Assembly: GCA_950097015.1 (NCBI GenBank)
Contig: CATNEN010000003.1
Span: 8,680,001-8,744,000 of the forward strand
From: Macrostomum hystrix
Taxonomy: Eukaryota; Animalia; Platyhelminthes
DNA length: 64,000 bases
Direction: 5' to 3'
The notes below the pieces were generated by a model. That model was not told the DNA's origin and searched no databases. It worked only from the letters and a program-made list of their open reading frames with translations. The stretch's first letter is position 1; each line of letters starts with the position of its first letter. The position numbers and the translations under genes were made by a program. Shown one piece after another: positions 37,541-52,090 of the stretch.

Positions 37541-38789
37541 TCACCTCAAGGCCTGGGGATACACCACATTCTTTGTTCTTCCCCTTGGTGCGAAAATGAA
37601 TAGGCCAGCTGGAGTTCCAACACGGGAGCAGGCGACATAAAGCTGCCCATGCGAGAAGCAAGGAGTCTCCAGGTTGATGCCAGCCACCTTCAGCGACTGT
37701 CCTTGAGCCTTGTTAATAGTCATCGCAAAGCACACTCTCACAGGAAACTGCAGTCGCTTAAACTGAAATGGCAGGTCCGTAGGGATAATTGGAATCCGGG
37801 GAACAAACACAGACTCTCCTCTGCCAGATCCAGTCATTATCGTGGCCTCAATCACATGTGGGAAGAGCCGCCTGACTATCAGTCTGGTGCCGTTACACAG
37901 CCTTGGCGCATTCAGGTTGCGGAGGAGCATAATTGGTGCCCCAACTTTCAGCTGCAAGTTGTGCGATGGAGTTCTAGGAGGATCTAGAGAGTTCAGAAAC
38001 TCAACAGGATACTCCACAGCGGTGTCATCAGTCAACGTTGTATCAATTGACTTGTAGGTGAAAACTGCACCTGGCAACTCCTGAAGCAGTTGGTAGTTAA
38101 TTTCGTTGGCGGCATCATTTCTAGGACACAGAATTGCCCTCTCTGACAGCTAGTCAACGCCAGCCTCTCTCTTTCTTCTATCCCAGGCTGGCTGGAGAGA
38201 ATATCGACCGGAGAGCCCTGCGCACTGGGACGTCACCGCACTCACCGCACTCAGTCTCAGTGCTGCTTGGGGGCCAGTAGACAGTCTAGGGGTTTGGGCT
38301 GTGTACATTCACGGCTTGAAATACAATGTACAGTCTGGGGCTTTGGCGCCCGGGGAAGGGAGGGGGTGGCTGTAATAAAATTTGGCCCGCAGAGTGGCGG
38401 AGGGGAGTTGGGGTGGCTGTCCTCGGAAAACAAAAAGTGACTCACTTTGAGATGATGCAGCTTTGCTCTGGATTGAGTAGAGATGTTCAAAATTGATGGC
38501 ATTGTTGGAAAACATGTAAAGTGTAAGTGGATCAAATTTGGAGAAAATCTGACAAAGTGGGGCGACGATATGTCGAATTGAGTGATTTTTTGACGATTTT
38601 TGAGCAGTTTTTTGCACTTTTGAGCAGGAAGAAAATGATTTTTCGGGAATTTGAGTAGCCTATTGCACTCAGCATAGGTGGTTTAAGGTATGTGCAAAGT
38701 TTGGTGCGATTTGGTTGAGCGGTTTCGGCGTCTATAAAGACAAAAGGTTGCACACACACGGACAGAGTTTTCACTTTTATATATATAGA
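37541..38789 (-). mobile_element. Non-autonomous Helitron with PIF1-helicase C-terminal remnant (37541-38156)
   Basis: LKVGAPIMLLRNL, CNGTRL, QFPVRVCFAMTINKAQGQS, FSHGQLYVACSRV; upstream D*LSERAILCPRN has a stop; 5' end A|TCTATATATATAAAAG at 38789. 3' CTAG end not found. Confidence 0.85.
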
Positions 38790-40817
38790 TAAAACTAGGC
38801 CCCTAATTTGCATACAAACTGTATTTTAACTACATCTTTGATCTTTCAAATAGATGCTGTGCAGTTTAGTATCAGGGTGATTTGTGGCAATATTGCAGTT
38901 AGTTTTGCAGAGTTATTTTATGTTAAAATTCTTGACTTCATAAAAAAAGTTTATTTTAGCATTGGATATGGCCAAAGATAAATGACATGGCATGACAATA
39001 GTTGGTTCTAATTCAAATTCTGGTTTTGGAAATAGACAAATAATGTGGATCATTACTAGTTGGATAAAATTTAGACTATATAATGCCTTTATGCACAAAT
39101 TCAAACAACAAAATAGTCATTACTAACTGCAATATTGACTAATCTGCTACCATTCTATGCTTTTTTGTCAAGCTGACAAGCTCCTAGTATACTACTGTAG
39201 TAAGAAGTACTTTTTGTTGTATGTTAGGCTTATCAATGTTATATTCTATATAATAGGCAGGCATATGACCTGCATATCAAAGATAAATATAGATACAGGA
39301 GTGCAACATTACTTTTAGGTATCAATTCAACTTATTGGATACAAGTATTTTGTGGTTGCAGTTATGTATCTATTTCATTGTTTTAATGTTCCCAAGATAC
39401 AAAATAGATTACATAGCTACATTTGCCCTCAGATTTGTAGATATATGGCAGTAAATTGTAATATATACAAGATTGTTTTTAGTGTTAGAAATTACCATTG
39501 TAAATGCACATTTACCTATTTACATGTTTTGTAGATCATTGAAAAGACTTTCTTTGTCGTAACTAGTGGTATCCAATATATATTTGATATATAGTATATT
39601 ATATTGGTTGTAAAAGGACCCACTTCAATTCGTTTTTCTTTTATTGTTAAAAAGTACCATTATATATTTAATTATAAGTAAGTATATAATGGTATTCTAT
39701 AAATTATGTTCTTATAGAATAAATGTAAAATAGAATAAATTTTAAACAACAAACTAAAACAATATTATTATTACATAACAATATTAAACTATAATTTATA
39801 AATAAAAGAAGGAAAATAAAAAAGTATGCTATATAAACAAGTCCTTACAGGATAAATGTTAAAATCAACAAAATAAAATTAAGAAAAAATTTAAATTAAT
39901 AAGAACCCCTAGATATTGAGCATATCCAGCTAAGACCACCAAATTTTACCTGGATTTCTCTTGGGATATTCTGGGAGTCCATATACTGTCTCTTGTCAAA
40001 AAATATCCTAAAGCCTCAATTAAATTGCATAGACTATCTCCTAAAATTACATTCAACAAGTGGCAGAATCTTGCATAAAATAAAAAAAGAAATCTAACCA
40101 CTTCCTAGTCCTTATTGCATCAACTTTGCATCAGCCTCATTCTTACAGTGCTCCTCCTCTTCTAACTGTCTTTTCTTGGAAAATGGCCATACTGTGGCAC
40201 TGGTTGAAACTGTCATTGATGTTATGTTTTTCTAAATAGATGCCTCATTGGTGTATATATGTACCGTGAATGAAAGTGCATAAAAATTTTAGGAAAAGTT
40301 AGAAAACTAACTCTTCTCCTTTTTCAACCATGCTTGGGACCAGCTTTTTCGGAGTTAATGTCATGTGTCAAGTGATTGGTGGTTACTGCAAAAAATGACC
40401 AAATTGGAGGCACGGATTGAGAACAAACAAAGAAACAAATAAACTATTTGAAGGAGAAACAATGGCCCAAGTCTTAAGTGGCAGCAACAAGTTAGCAAAT
40501 TGCCTTTTATTGTGGTAATATATTCAGCTGTATAAGCTATATCAGAATAAGTTATATTTGCAATTATCCAGAGAATTGCCAGGATAATCAGCAGGATACA
40601 CTAAATCCGGATATGGGTTTAAATCCGAAAAAAGTAGATCCATATCCTTTAAATTAGGATTTGATTAGTAAGTTTTTATCATATATGCCATAAAGTATAT
40701 TCAGTTGCGTTAAACTAGACTTTTTAAACGCATATTCAACCAAGATCAGTTATCGTTTTTTTCAGACATTTAAATACTTTTAAGATTAATTTACAACTTC
40801 CTAAAGCAAGTGCATCA

Positions 40818-42302
40818 ATGGAGAAGCCTCAGATTATTGCTCACGTGCAGAAGTCTCTAAACTACACACTCTACGACTGCAAATGGCTGCCTGGTACTGC
40901 CAAATTTGCCGTTGTTGGCTCCCATCCGAGAGGCACTGGAGCATTACAGATGTACGAAATCGCACAGGGCGATGTTACGCTGAAGCTCGACTCGGAGAAA
41001 GCAAAATCATTCAAATGTTGCACATTTGGCGCTTCCCTACCCGGTAGAAGTCAACTAGCAACTGGGGATTTCGCTGGTCAGTTGCACATCTGGGATGTTG
41101 ACAAGCCGGAGATGCCAGTGTACTCTGTTAAAGCTCATCAGGAAATAGTCAACACAATCGATGCTGTCGGTGGCACGGTGGGCGAAGGCGCGCCCGAGGT
41201 GGCTACAGGATCTAGGGATGGTTCGGTTCGCGTCTGGGATCCCAGACAGCCAGCAGACCCAGTGGCCTGTATGGAGGCTGACGATAAGGCTACGGCCAGG
41301 TATAGCCTCTTGATTTTCGCAACTTGACCAGTAACATAATTTAGTCTTGGCCCATCCAATTAAAACACGTGCCTTTCTAAAAAAAACATTCTAATTCATC
41401 CAATCAAAACACATCTTAACTGATCCAGTTAAAACCAGTGCTATCATAGATCACCCAATCAAAACTTATCCTCGATCATCCAATCAAAACTTATCCTAGA
41501 TCATCCAATCATAACACATCCTAGCCCATCCAATCAAGACACATCCTAGCCCATCCAATCAAGACACATCCTAGCCCATCCAATCATAGCACATCCTAGC
41601 CCATCCAATCAAAACACATGCTAGCCCATCCAATCAAAACACATCCTAGCCCATCCAATCAAAACACATCCTAGCCCATCCAATCAAAACAATACAAAAC
41701 ACCAACTTTGGCACCTTCTCAGAGACTGCTGGGCAGTAGCATTCGGTGATGCGTTCAACGCCACGGAGCGTTGCCTAGTATCCGGCTACGACAATGGCGA
41801 TTTAAAGCTATTCGATCTGCGCGCAATGGCTCTGAGATGGGAGACTAATCTAAAGAATGGCATATGCGGTCTGGAGTTCGATCGTCGCGATATACCGGCT
41901 AATAAGCTAGTGGCATCAACTCTGGAAGGCAAATTTCACGTGTTCGACATGCGCACTCAGCACCCGGCTAAGGGTTTTGCTAGTCTAACCGAACGAGCTC
42001 ACAAATCTACAGTCTGGTGCGCCAGGCATTTACCCCAGAATCGCGACGTATTTATGACCTGCGGCGGATCTGGCGGCCTTTGTCTATGGCAATACAGCTA
42101 CCCCACTGCTCGCGTTGCTAAGGACTCGGATGGTATCGATTACGGCGTACCGGGCAGTGTGGCCCTGTTGCAGAATGTGACACTCAGTACACAGCCGGTC
42201 GCTTCGTTCGATTGGAGTCCAGATAAACTTGGACTCGGCGTCTGCGCTTCGTTTGATCAGTGCCTTCGAGTGCTCATTGTGACTAAACTAAATCGGCTCT
42301 GA
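40818..42302 (+). CDS. WDR92: WD repeat protein 92 (DNAAF10); exons 40818-41299 and 41723-42302 (~353 aa)
   Basis: [56 protein letters not shown], terminal IVTKLNRL; in-frame GT-AG intron. Confidence 0.95.
41450..41692. repeat. 25-bp intronic tandem repeat
   Basis: ctagcccatccaatcaa(a/g)acacatc units. Confidence 0.9.
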
Positions 42303-43171
42303 CTAAATTAAATAATTCTCTTTTGTAAGCGTTCTTTTGCCGAAGGGAAGTTTATCCCGTCGGACTCACCACTCAGACTCACGACATCGTACATTCCGCG
42401 TCCTTTAGCAAGACACTTAACTTCCCATGGATTCAGTTCACCCATCTGTTTAATAGTTACTATTTAACTATTTAATTTGCTGTTAAACTATAAGGAACTT
42501 TCTCCCAATCGCCTTTCTGGTCTTTAAGAAAATTTTCCCCATTTCTATCTATAATATATGGAAATAACTCCTAAAGGTACTCGTAATTTGTTTCTTGGAA
42601 AATTTCTCAATAGTACCATTAGGTTTTAGGGAGAAATATCAGATGATCCCATTTACTGTTGATAGAGGTAGAACTTTTTTGCAAAAGACGTTCTGTTCTC
42701 GTTTAAGTTTCTCCCTAGACGAATTTATTTGTTAAAAAATTATCTAGCTCGTAGAGTACTAAAATTTATTGATAAGATATTTACCTTCAGAATTTATTGT
42801 TAATTTGATACTTTTATGGCAAATACTCCGTTTGCAAGCTGACTAAAATTTAACTACTTGTTAGTAGTGTATCCACTTAGCTGATTTTAAATATGGCTAC
42901 TAAATGTTTTTTCTCTTATGTGCCTACTTGATCCGTCCTTTTCCAATATTTAATACTCATTGTTTTACTTTGTTTGACTTGTTCCTTGAATTCCTTGCTT
43001 ACTAACTGTATTAGCTCAATTTACTTTTTGAATTTGTATGGAAATATTAACTAAGCAATTTCACTGCCCACTTTGAAATCTTTTTTATTCACTATTAAAA
43101 TTAGTAGTTTTTTTAACTGACCTATTATTATTAGTTTATTTACATTTTTCATTTCACTTGATAATCCTTCT

Positions 43172-46100
43172 TAGTCTATTCCCAAACAGTCAAATTCCTT
43201 AATTGTCTATTCTCAAACAGTCTAATTCCTTAATTGTCTATTCCCAAACAGTCTAATTCCTTAATTGTCTATTCCCAAACAGTCTAATTCCTTAATAGTC
43301 TATTCCCAAACAGTCTAATTCCTTAATTGTCTATTCCCAAACAGTCTAATTCCTTAATTGTCTATTCCCAAACAGTCTAATTCCTTAATTGTCTATTCCC
43401 AAACAGTCTAATTCCTTAATTGTCTATTCCCAAACAGTCTAATTCCTTAATAGTCTATTCTCAAACAGTCTAATTCCTTAATTGTCTATTCCCAAACAGT
43501 CTAATTCCTTAATTGTCTATTCCCAAACAGTCTAATTCCTTAATTGTCTATTCTCAAACTGTCTAAACCCTAAATTGTCTATTCCCAAACAGTCTAATTC
43601 CTTAATTGTCTATTCCCAAACAGTCTAATTCCTTAATTGTCTATTCTCAAACTGTCTAAACCCTAAATTGTCTATTCCCAAACAGTCTAATTCCTTAATT
43701 GTCTATTCCCAAACAGTCTAATTCCTTAATAGTCTATTCTCAAACAGTCTAATTCCTTAATTGTCTATTCCCAAACAGTCTAATTCCTTAATTGTCTATT
43801 CCCAAACAGTCTAATTCCTTAATTGTCTATTCCCAAACAGTCTAATTCCTTAATTGTCTATTCTCAAACTGTCTAAACCCTAAATTGTCTATTCCCAAAC
43901 AGTCTAATTCCTTAATTGTCTATTCCCAAACAGTCTAATTCCTTAATAGTCTATTCTCAAACAGTCAAATTCCTTAATTGTCTATTCTCAAACTGTCTAA
44001 ACCCTAAATAGTCTATTCCCAAACAGTCTAATTCCTTAATAGTCTATTCTCAAACAGTCTAATCTCTAAATAGTCTATTCCCAAACAGTCTAATTCCTTA
44101 ATTGTCTATTCCCAAACAGTCTAATTCCTTAATTGTCTATTCCCAAACAGTCTAATTCCTTAATTGTCTATTCCCAAACAGTCTAATCTCTAAATAGTCT
44201 ATTCCCAAACAGTCTAATTCCTTAATTGTCTATTCCCAAACAGTCTAATTCCTTAATTGTCTATTCCCAAACAGTCTAATTCCTTAATTGTCTATTCTCA
44301 AACAGTCTAATCTCTAAATAGTCTATTCCCAAACAGTCTAATTCCTTAATTGTCTATTCCCAAACAGTCTAATTCCTTAATTGTCTATTCCCAAACAGTC
44401 TAATTCCTTAATTGTCTATTCCCAAACAGTCTAATTCCTTAATTGTCTATTCCCAAACAGTCTAATTCCTTAATTGTCTATTCCCAAACAGTCTAATTCC
44501 TTAATAGTCTATTCCCCACAACAGTCTAATCTCTAAATAGTCTATTCCCAAACAGTCTAATTCCTTAATTGTCTATTCCCCACAACAGTCTAATCTCTAA
44601 ATAGTCTATTCCCAAACAGTCTAATTCCTTAATAGTCTATTCCCCACAACAGTCTAATCTCTAAATAGTCTATTCCCAAACAGTCTAATTCCTTAATTGT
44701 CTATTCCCAAACAGTCTAATTCCTTAATTGTCTATTCCCAAACAGTCTAATTCCTTAATAGTCTATTCTCAAACAGTCTAATCTCTAAATAGTCTATTCC
44801 CAAACAGTCTAATTCCTTAATTGTCTATTCCCAAACAGTCTAATTCCTTAATTTTCTATTCCCAAACAGTCTAATTCCTTAATAGTCTATTCTCAAACAG
44901 TCTAATTCCTTAATTGTCTATTCCCAAACAGTCAAATTCCTTAATTGTCTATTCCCAAACAGTCTAATTCCTTAATAGTCTATTCTCAAACAGTCTAAAC
45001 CCTAAATTGTCTATTCCCAAACAGTCTAATTCCTTAATTGTCTATTCTCAAACAGTCTAAACCCTAAATTGTCTATTCCCAAACAGTCTAATTCCTTAAT
45101 AGTCTATTCCCAAACAGTCTAATTCCTTAATTGTCTATTCTCAAACAGTCTAAACCCTAAATTGTCTATTCCCACAAGTCTAATCCCTAAACAGTCAATT
45201 CCCACAACTGTCTAATCCCTAAATAATGAATTCCCACAACTGTCTAATCCCTAAATAGCCAATTCCCAGAACAGTCTAATCACAAAATAATGAATTCCCA
45301 GAACAGTATAATCCCTAAATAGTGAATTCCCAGAACAATCTAATCCCTAAATAGTTAATTCCCACGACAGTCTACTCCCTAAATAGTCTAATCCCTAATT
45401 TGTCGATTCCCAAACAGTTTAATCCCTAAATAGTTTATTTCCATAACTGTCTAATCCCTAAATAGTCGATTCCCCTAAATTGTCTAATACCTACGCAGTC
45501 TATTCCCACGACATCCTAAATAATCAATTCCCCTTAACTAAATAGTGAATTCACAGAACAATCAAATCCCTAAACAGTCGATTCCCAGAAGAGTCAAATC
45601 CCTAAACAGTCAATTCCCAGAACAATCAAATCCCTAAACAGTCAATTCCCAGAAGAGTCAAATCCCTAAACAGTCAATTCCCAGAACAGTCTAATCCATG
45701 GACGGTCAATTCCCAGAACAGTCTGATCCCTAAACAGTCGATTCCCAGAACAGTCTAATCCCTAAACAATCAAATCCCTAAACAGTCAATTCCCAGAAGA
45801 GTCAAATCCCTAAACAGTCAATTCCCAGAAGAGTCAAATCCCTAAACAGTCAATTCCCAGAAGAGTCAAATCCCTAAACAGTCAATTCCCAGAAGAGTCA
45901 AATCCCTAAACAGTCAATTCCCAGAAGAGTCAAATCCCTAAACAGTCAATTCCCAGAAGAGTCAAATCCCTAAACAGTCAATTCCCAGAACAGTCTAATC
46001 CATGGACGGTCAATTCCCAGAACAGTCTGATCCCTAAACAGTCGATTCCCAGAACAGTCTAATCCCTAAACAATCAAATCCCTAAACAGTCAATTCCCAG

Positions 46101-46875
46101 AACAATCAAATCCCTAAACAGTCAATTCCCAGAACAGTCTAATCCATGGACAGTCAATTCCCAGAACAGTCTAATCCCTAAACAATCAAATCCCTAAACA
46201 GTCAATTCCCAGAACAATCAAATCCCTAAACAGTCAATTCCCAGAACAGTCTAATCCATGGACAGTCAATTCCCAGAACAGTCTGATCCCTAAACAATCA
46301 AATCCCTAAACAGTCAATTCCCAGAACAATCAAATCCCTAAACAGTCAATTCCCAGAACAATCAAATCCCTAAACAGTCAATTCCCAGAACAATCAAATC
46401 CCTAAACAGTCAATTCCCAGAACAGTCTAATCCATGGACAGTCAATTCCCAGAACAGTCTGATCCCTAAACAATCAAATAACTAAACAGTCAATTCCCAG
46501 AAGAATCAAATCCCTAAACAGTCAATTCCCACAACAGTCTAATTCCTAAACAGTGAATTCCCAGAACAGTCTGATCCCTAAACAATCAAATCCCTAAACA
46601 ATCAAATCCCTAAACAATCAAATCCCTAAACAGTCAATTCCCAGAACAATCAAATCCATGGACAGTCAATTCCCACAACAGTCTAATCCATGGACAGTCA
46701 ATTCCCAGAACAGTCTAATTTCTAAACAATCAAATCCCTAAACAGTCAATTCCCAGAACAATCAAATCCCTAAACAGTCAATTCCCACAACAGTCTAATT
46801 CCTAAACAGTCAATTCCCACAACAGTCTAATTCCTAAACAGTGAATTCCCAGAACAGTCTAATCCATGGACAGTC
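43172..46875. repeat. Satellite: 31-bp unit grading into a related 32-bp unit
   Basis: attcccaaacagtctaattccttaattgtct to ~45180, then aatccctaaacagtcaattcccagaa(g/c)agtca. Confidence 0.95.
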
Positions 46876-47462
46876 TAATTTTCGATCAGTCCAACCCAAA
46901 GGTAGCGATCCCTTGCATATTCCAGGCGGACTCCAAAGCACTAATTCAGATTTCGCCATTAGCTACTTCAGCACCAGCTGAGCTGAAGTCTGTTCAGTTT
47001 AGCCCAGATGAGCAGCTAAGACAGCAACCAACTCTATCTTCCTCGCCGGCCTACAGTCGGATAGCCAGCAGTCCTAGTAGTCGCCAATCTTCGCTGCCGT
47101 CATCGCCCTACGCCGATAGACGTTCGCTTTTTGACGCCGAGTTTGTTGACAATCTGGACACTGTCTCGCCTACGGGTAGCGGTCGCCGACGTCAGACATT
47201 GTGCATTAGCGAAATTCATCGCCTATTGCTGCGTCTGCCGCCAATCGATGAAAACTCGCCGCTTGTTTTAAGATCAAGGCGTAGGTTTGCAACCAGTGCA
47301 GCTGCCGCAGCGGCTGCTAAGGATTGCCCGTTGCCATCGCAACCAACAGCCAATCAGCGACGTTTAAGCTTGCCCAGCCTGCCACTATTGGATAGCGTCA
47401 GAGAATTACCAGAGACTATTGGCACTGGCTCCGATGCTGCAGATGTAAATAGACGAAACTGA
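46866..47462 (+). CDS. Ser/Pro-rich ORF or terminal exon, function unknown
   Basis: 198-codon GC-richer ORF; its ATG lies in the last satellite unit. Confidence 0.4.
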   Translation: MDSLIFDQSNPKVAIPCIFQADSKALIQISPLATSAPAELKSVQFSPDEQLRQQPTLSSSPAYSRIASSPSSRQSSLPSSPYADRRSLFDAEFVDNLDTVSPTGSGRRRQTLCISEIHRLLLRLPPIDENSPLVLRSRRRFATSAAAAAAAKDCPLPSQPTANQRRLSLPSLPLLDSVRELPETIGTGSDAADVNRRN

Positions 47463-48159
47463 CCTGGTGTGTACGCTCGTAGCCTGTTGTTAGTGGATTC
47501 ACCATGTGCAATCTAATTTCACATTAAATTCAAATCGAATTTTGAGCAGAATTTTATTTTAAATAAATTCTAACAGCTTTTCTATCCATACTAAAAAGTG
47601 ACTGCTTGAATTCGTCTTTATCGTTAAAAATAATGTTTATTAAGTCAGTACCTTAAATCAGTAGTTCGCTTATTAAGTTATTATTTTTTTGTTATACATT
47701 TGAAAGCTTTTTTAGAACACTTTGGTGTTATTCTGTGAAACTAGTAAACTACTAGTTTGCAGCTTAGAGATTGTCAAGTCATTGTTTGACTTATTGTTTT
47801 ACTAAAATACTCTTTATAACGTGTTGACTGTAGTGTTGTTTACACTATTTTTATAGCTTAGTTAAACAACAACGACATCGTGGCTTCAGATTTACTTATC
47901 TTTAGAGCTTGTGCAATTTTTACGCTGCCGATTTTTTTCTTATTTTTTGTAAAATATATTCAGCGGCTGAAAACTTAGTATTTATTCCGAGAAATTTCCT
48001 TGCCAGACTTTTTTTGAGGTACAGAACACTGATGTTTGATCTGATATTTTTGGCCAGTTTTTATGGCTAACAGAAAATCCGTTTTTCAAGTTTTTCTGAT
48101 CAACTCTTATTCCCAGTGCAAGTTGCCATACGGCCTCAGTTTTAACTCTACCGACTAAC

Positions 48160-48676
48160 CCTCTTACCCTAATTTACACTAGCTGCCGACCAACCCCTTA
48201 CCCTAATGTACACCAGCTGCCGACCATCTCTCTTACCCTAATGTACACCAGCTGCCGATCAACCCCTTACCCTAATGTACACCAGCTGCCGAACAACCCC
48301 TTACCCTAATGTACACCAGCTGCCGATCAACCCCTTACCCTAATGTACACCAGCTGCCGATCAACCCCTTACCCTAATGTACACCAGCTGCCGAACAACC
48401 CCTTACCCTAATGTACACCAGCTGCCGACCATCTCTCTTACCCTAATGTACACCAGCTGCCGATCAACCCCTTACCCTAATGTACACCAGCTGCCGACCA
48501 ACCCCTTACCCTAATGTACACCAGTTGCCGACCATCTCTCTTACCCTAATGTACACCAGCTGCCGAACAACCCCTTACCCTAATGTACACCAGCTGCCGA
48601 CCATCCCTCTTACCCTAATGTACACCAGCTGCCGACCATCCCTCTTACCCTAATGTACACCAGCTGCCGACCAACC
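48160..48676. repeat. 34-36-bp tandem repeat, ~14 copies
   Basis: ccttaccctaatgtacaccagctgccga units. Confidence 0.95.
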
Positions 48677-49228
48677 CGACCAAGTAAAAATACAAAGTAA
48701 CTGCTATTTTTTGTTTTGTTCATAAAAAAGGATCTGTTAGGCTCTCTGGATGCAGGAAAGAGTTTTCTGCTATCCTCATTAATAATCTATGTTGTCATTG
48801 TGCATTATTTTGTTGGTTTTGGTTATTCCCTGATATAAAATCTTCAGTATTTTATTTAGTTTGTCTAATCCTGCTCTTGAACTTTTTATTTATTTTATTC
48901 ACTTAATATTTCATTTACTGTAAATGATTTAAGGCCACAAAAAAATTGTTTCTCTGACATTTAAGGTCATAATCTGTGTACATTAGCATTCTGCCTGCCT
49001 ACATGTTGTCTTTTAGTGCTGTGTTTGGCCATCGATCTTTTGATTCGATTATATTTTTACATCCTTATTTTCTGTATAAGTTTATATTATCTGCATGTAT
49101 CTTATTGGCATTCATCGATTTTTTTTCAATTCGCTTGAAAATATATAGTCATGTGCTGATTAGGATCTGCCACCTGTCTTGTGATGTCGTAATATGCATT
49201 CGTATTTATGTTGTAAGTAACAGAATCT

Positions 49229-50302
49229 GGTCAGTGGATTATTATGATCAGTGGATTAGTATGATGACTAGATTTTTAGGATCAGTGGGTTATTAGGATC
49301 ATTGGGTAATTATGATCAGTGGGTTATTAGGATCATTGGGTAATTATGATCAGTGGGTTATTAGGATGAGTGGATTATTAGAATAAGTAGATTATTAGGA
49401 TCAGTATATTATTAGGATCAGTGGATTATTAGGATTAGTGGATTATTAGGCTAAGTGGATTATTAGAATAAGTAGATTATTAGGATCAGTATATTATTAG
49501 GATCAGTGGATTATTAGGATTAGTGGATTATTAGGATTAGTGGATTATTAGGATCAGTGGATTATTAGGATCAGTATATTATTAGGATCAGTGGATTATT
49601 AGGATTAGTGGATTATTAGGATTAGTGGATTATTAGGATCAGTGTATTATTAGGATGAGTAGATTATTAGGATCAGTGGATTATTAGGATTAGTGGATTA
49701 TTAGGATTAGTGGATTATTAGAATAAGTAGATTATTAGGATCAGTATATTATTAGGATCAGTGGATTATTAGGATTAGTGGATTATTAGGATGAGTGGAT
49801 TATTAGGATCAGTGAATTATTAGGATTAGTGGATTATTAGGATTAGTGAATTATTAGGATGAGTGGATTATTAGGATCAGTGGATTATTAGGATTAGTGG
49901 ATTATTAAGATCAGTGGATTATTAGGATGAGTAGATTATTAGGATCAGTGGATTATTAGGATCAGTGCATTATTAGGATCAGTAGATTCTTAGGATCAGT
50001 AGATTATTAGGATCAGTAGATTATTAAGATCAGTGCATTATTAGGATCAGTGGATTATAAGGATCAGTGCATTATTAGGATCAGTAGATTCTTAGGATCA
50101 GTAGATTATTAGGATCAGTAGATTATTAAGATCAGTGGATTATTAGGATCAGTAGATTCTTAGGATCAGTAGATTATTAGGATCAGTAGATTATTAAGAT
50201 CAGTGGATTATTATGATCAGGGGATTAATAGGATTAGTGGATTATTCGGATCAGTGGATTATTAGGATCAGTGGATTATTAGGATTAGTGGATTATTAGG
50301 AT
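49229..50302. repeat. 17-bp tandem repeat
   Basis: ggat(c/t)agtggattatta units. Confidence 0.95.
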
Positions 50303-50401
50303 AAATATCAATACATTTGAGAGCAGCAATAAACTAAGTCACGTACACCAACGCATTTTCAGCGAAGCATTTCAATTCTAATCCCCTATTCGACTCCAAT
50401 A

Positions 50402-51028
50402 ATGTCCTCGATATCCGGTGACTCACCAGCGCCAGTTAAATGGGCCCAGCGCAAGGACAAACTGTACCTGACCATCTGTCTGGAGGATGTGCAGAACAAA
50501 CAAATGGATTTAACTAGCAATCGTCTGACATTCAACGGCATTGGCGGCACCGATAAAAAGCCGCATTCTGTCACCATCGATTTCTACGCCGAGGTGAATC
50601 CAGACGACAGTCTCCAGATGGCCAACGATCGCGAGATTGTCATGAGCATTCGCAAGAAAGAATCCGGCCCCTATTGGCCCAGACTAACTGCCGACACTAT
50701 CAAACGGCATTGGTTGAAGACCGATTTTAATCGTTGGGTGGACGAAGACGAGGGTCCCGCTGAAAGTGACGGCTTCGGAGGCGGTTTCGGCGGAGACGAC
50801 GATCGATTCGAATCGATGATGTCCCAGATGGGTAGCGGCTTCGGCGGAGGCGGCGGCGGCGGGATGGACTTCATGAAAGACGGCGACGAAGAGGACTACG
50901 GAGATGACGCAGATCTTGAGGACTTCGACGATCAGGCAGCTGAGGACGGAACGAAGGGCGGCGATGAGGGAACGAACGGAGAAGAAAAAGGAGAAGAAGG
51001 GGCAGAGAAGGCGCCGGCCTCGGAGTGA
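50402..51028 (+). CDS. PTGES3: p23 Hsp90 co-chaperone / prostaglandin E synthase 3 family
   Basis: VKWAQRKDKLYLTI, GPYWPRLT, WLKTDFNRWVDED, Gly/Met-rich and acidic tail. Confidence 0.92.
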   Translation: MSSISGDSPAPVKWAQRKDKLYLTICLEDVQNKQMDLTSNRLTFNGIGGTDKKPHSVTIDFYAEVNPDDSLQMANDREIVMSIRKKESGPYWPRLTADTIKRHWLKTDFNRWVDEDEGPAESDGFGGGFGGDDDRFESMMSQMGSGFGGGGGGGMDFMKDGDEEDYGDDADLEDFDDQAAEDGTKGGDEGTNGEEKGEEGAEKAPASE

Positions 51029-52090
51029 TAATCAATCATTCAATCAATCAGTTTTGAATAATTGGCTGCTAGGGAAGAATTTACTGGGGATTTGTTTGTT
51101 TTGCACTGAAATTATAATTTCTGAGTATACATTTCTGGTCTTAATCTGGCAAGCATGTTATTGATCTGTTGATAATTTATGGGATCAGTAGATTGTTTAT
51201 TGGATAATTTGATCAATTGTAGAATAATTGAATCAATTATGGAATAATTTGATCAATTAAGGGATAATTTGATTAATTGTGTGATAATTAGATCAATTAT
51301 GGGATAATTAGATCAATTATGGGATAATTTGATTACTTATGAGATAAATAGAGATCAATTATGGGATCATTATATAAAATATGGGATCTTAAGATTAAAT
51401 TATGGGATTATCTGACCAATTGTAGTATAAATCTCTTTCATATATAACATACCTTGTCTGGTCAGTTAATGTAGCATTATTATCATCCCTGTCAGCTTTG
51501 TGAAGTTGCAAGTGAACACTTTCCCTGTTAGCTCCTCTGTTTACAGCACCGGTGGGTTAAAAGTCACTATTCAGCGAGCAAAGTGCAACATGTTTTTAGT
51601 TTTTTTAACTCGAACCTTTAACTTCATATAAAATGGTTTATTTAAGTTCTATAATATTCCAGCATGAAAGTGAATGATTTAATAAATTCACTAATTGTTT
51701 CTATGGCAACGATTGTTTTGCATTTGTTGTGCTTGTTAGTAACTATCTTGTCACCGCAACTACCCAACAAACAGGTCCTATTCCGAACTGTAATACCAAT
51801 TTAAAACTTGAATTAAAACGCTCTAGCAGCTTCTTGTCTACTTAGAAATCTACTACTGGCAGTGTTTTGTATCGCTTTTTAAAAATACCCGTTTAATACG
51901 ATACCGTTTCAAAATAAACAAGTGCAAAAAACTTCACATTGCTTCTGCTTTGTGCGTAACAGTTTATAAGCTTTAATTTCGTGTTTTTTCATAATTTTAT
52001 TCATTCACGCTTCAGAAATATTTTTTTCTAGTTTATTATCATCATAATAATACAGACTAAAAATTACATTTTCTAGTCTCCAGATAGACA

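Noticed and set aside
37541-38156. Host PIF1 gene, or the helicase of the large element
   Set aside because: Only a C-terminal remnant with an in-frame stop and a Helitron-type 5' end, located outside the direct repeats.
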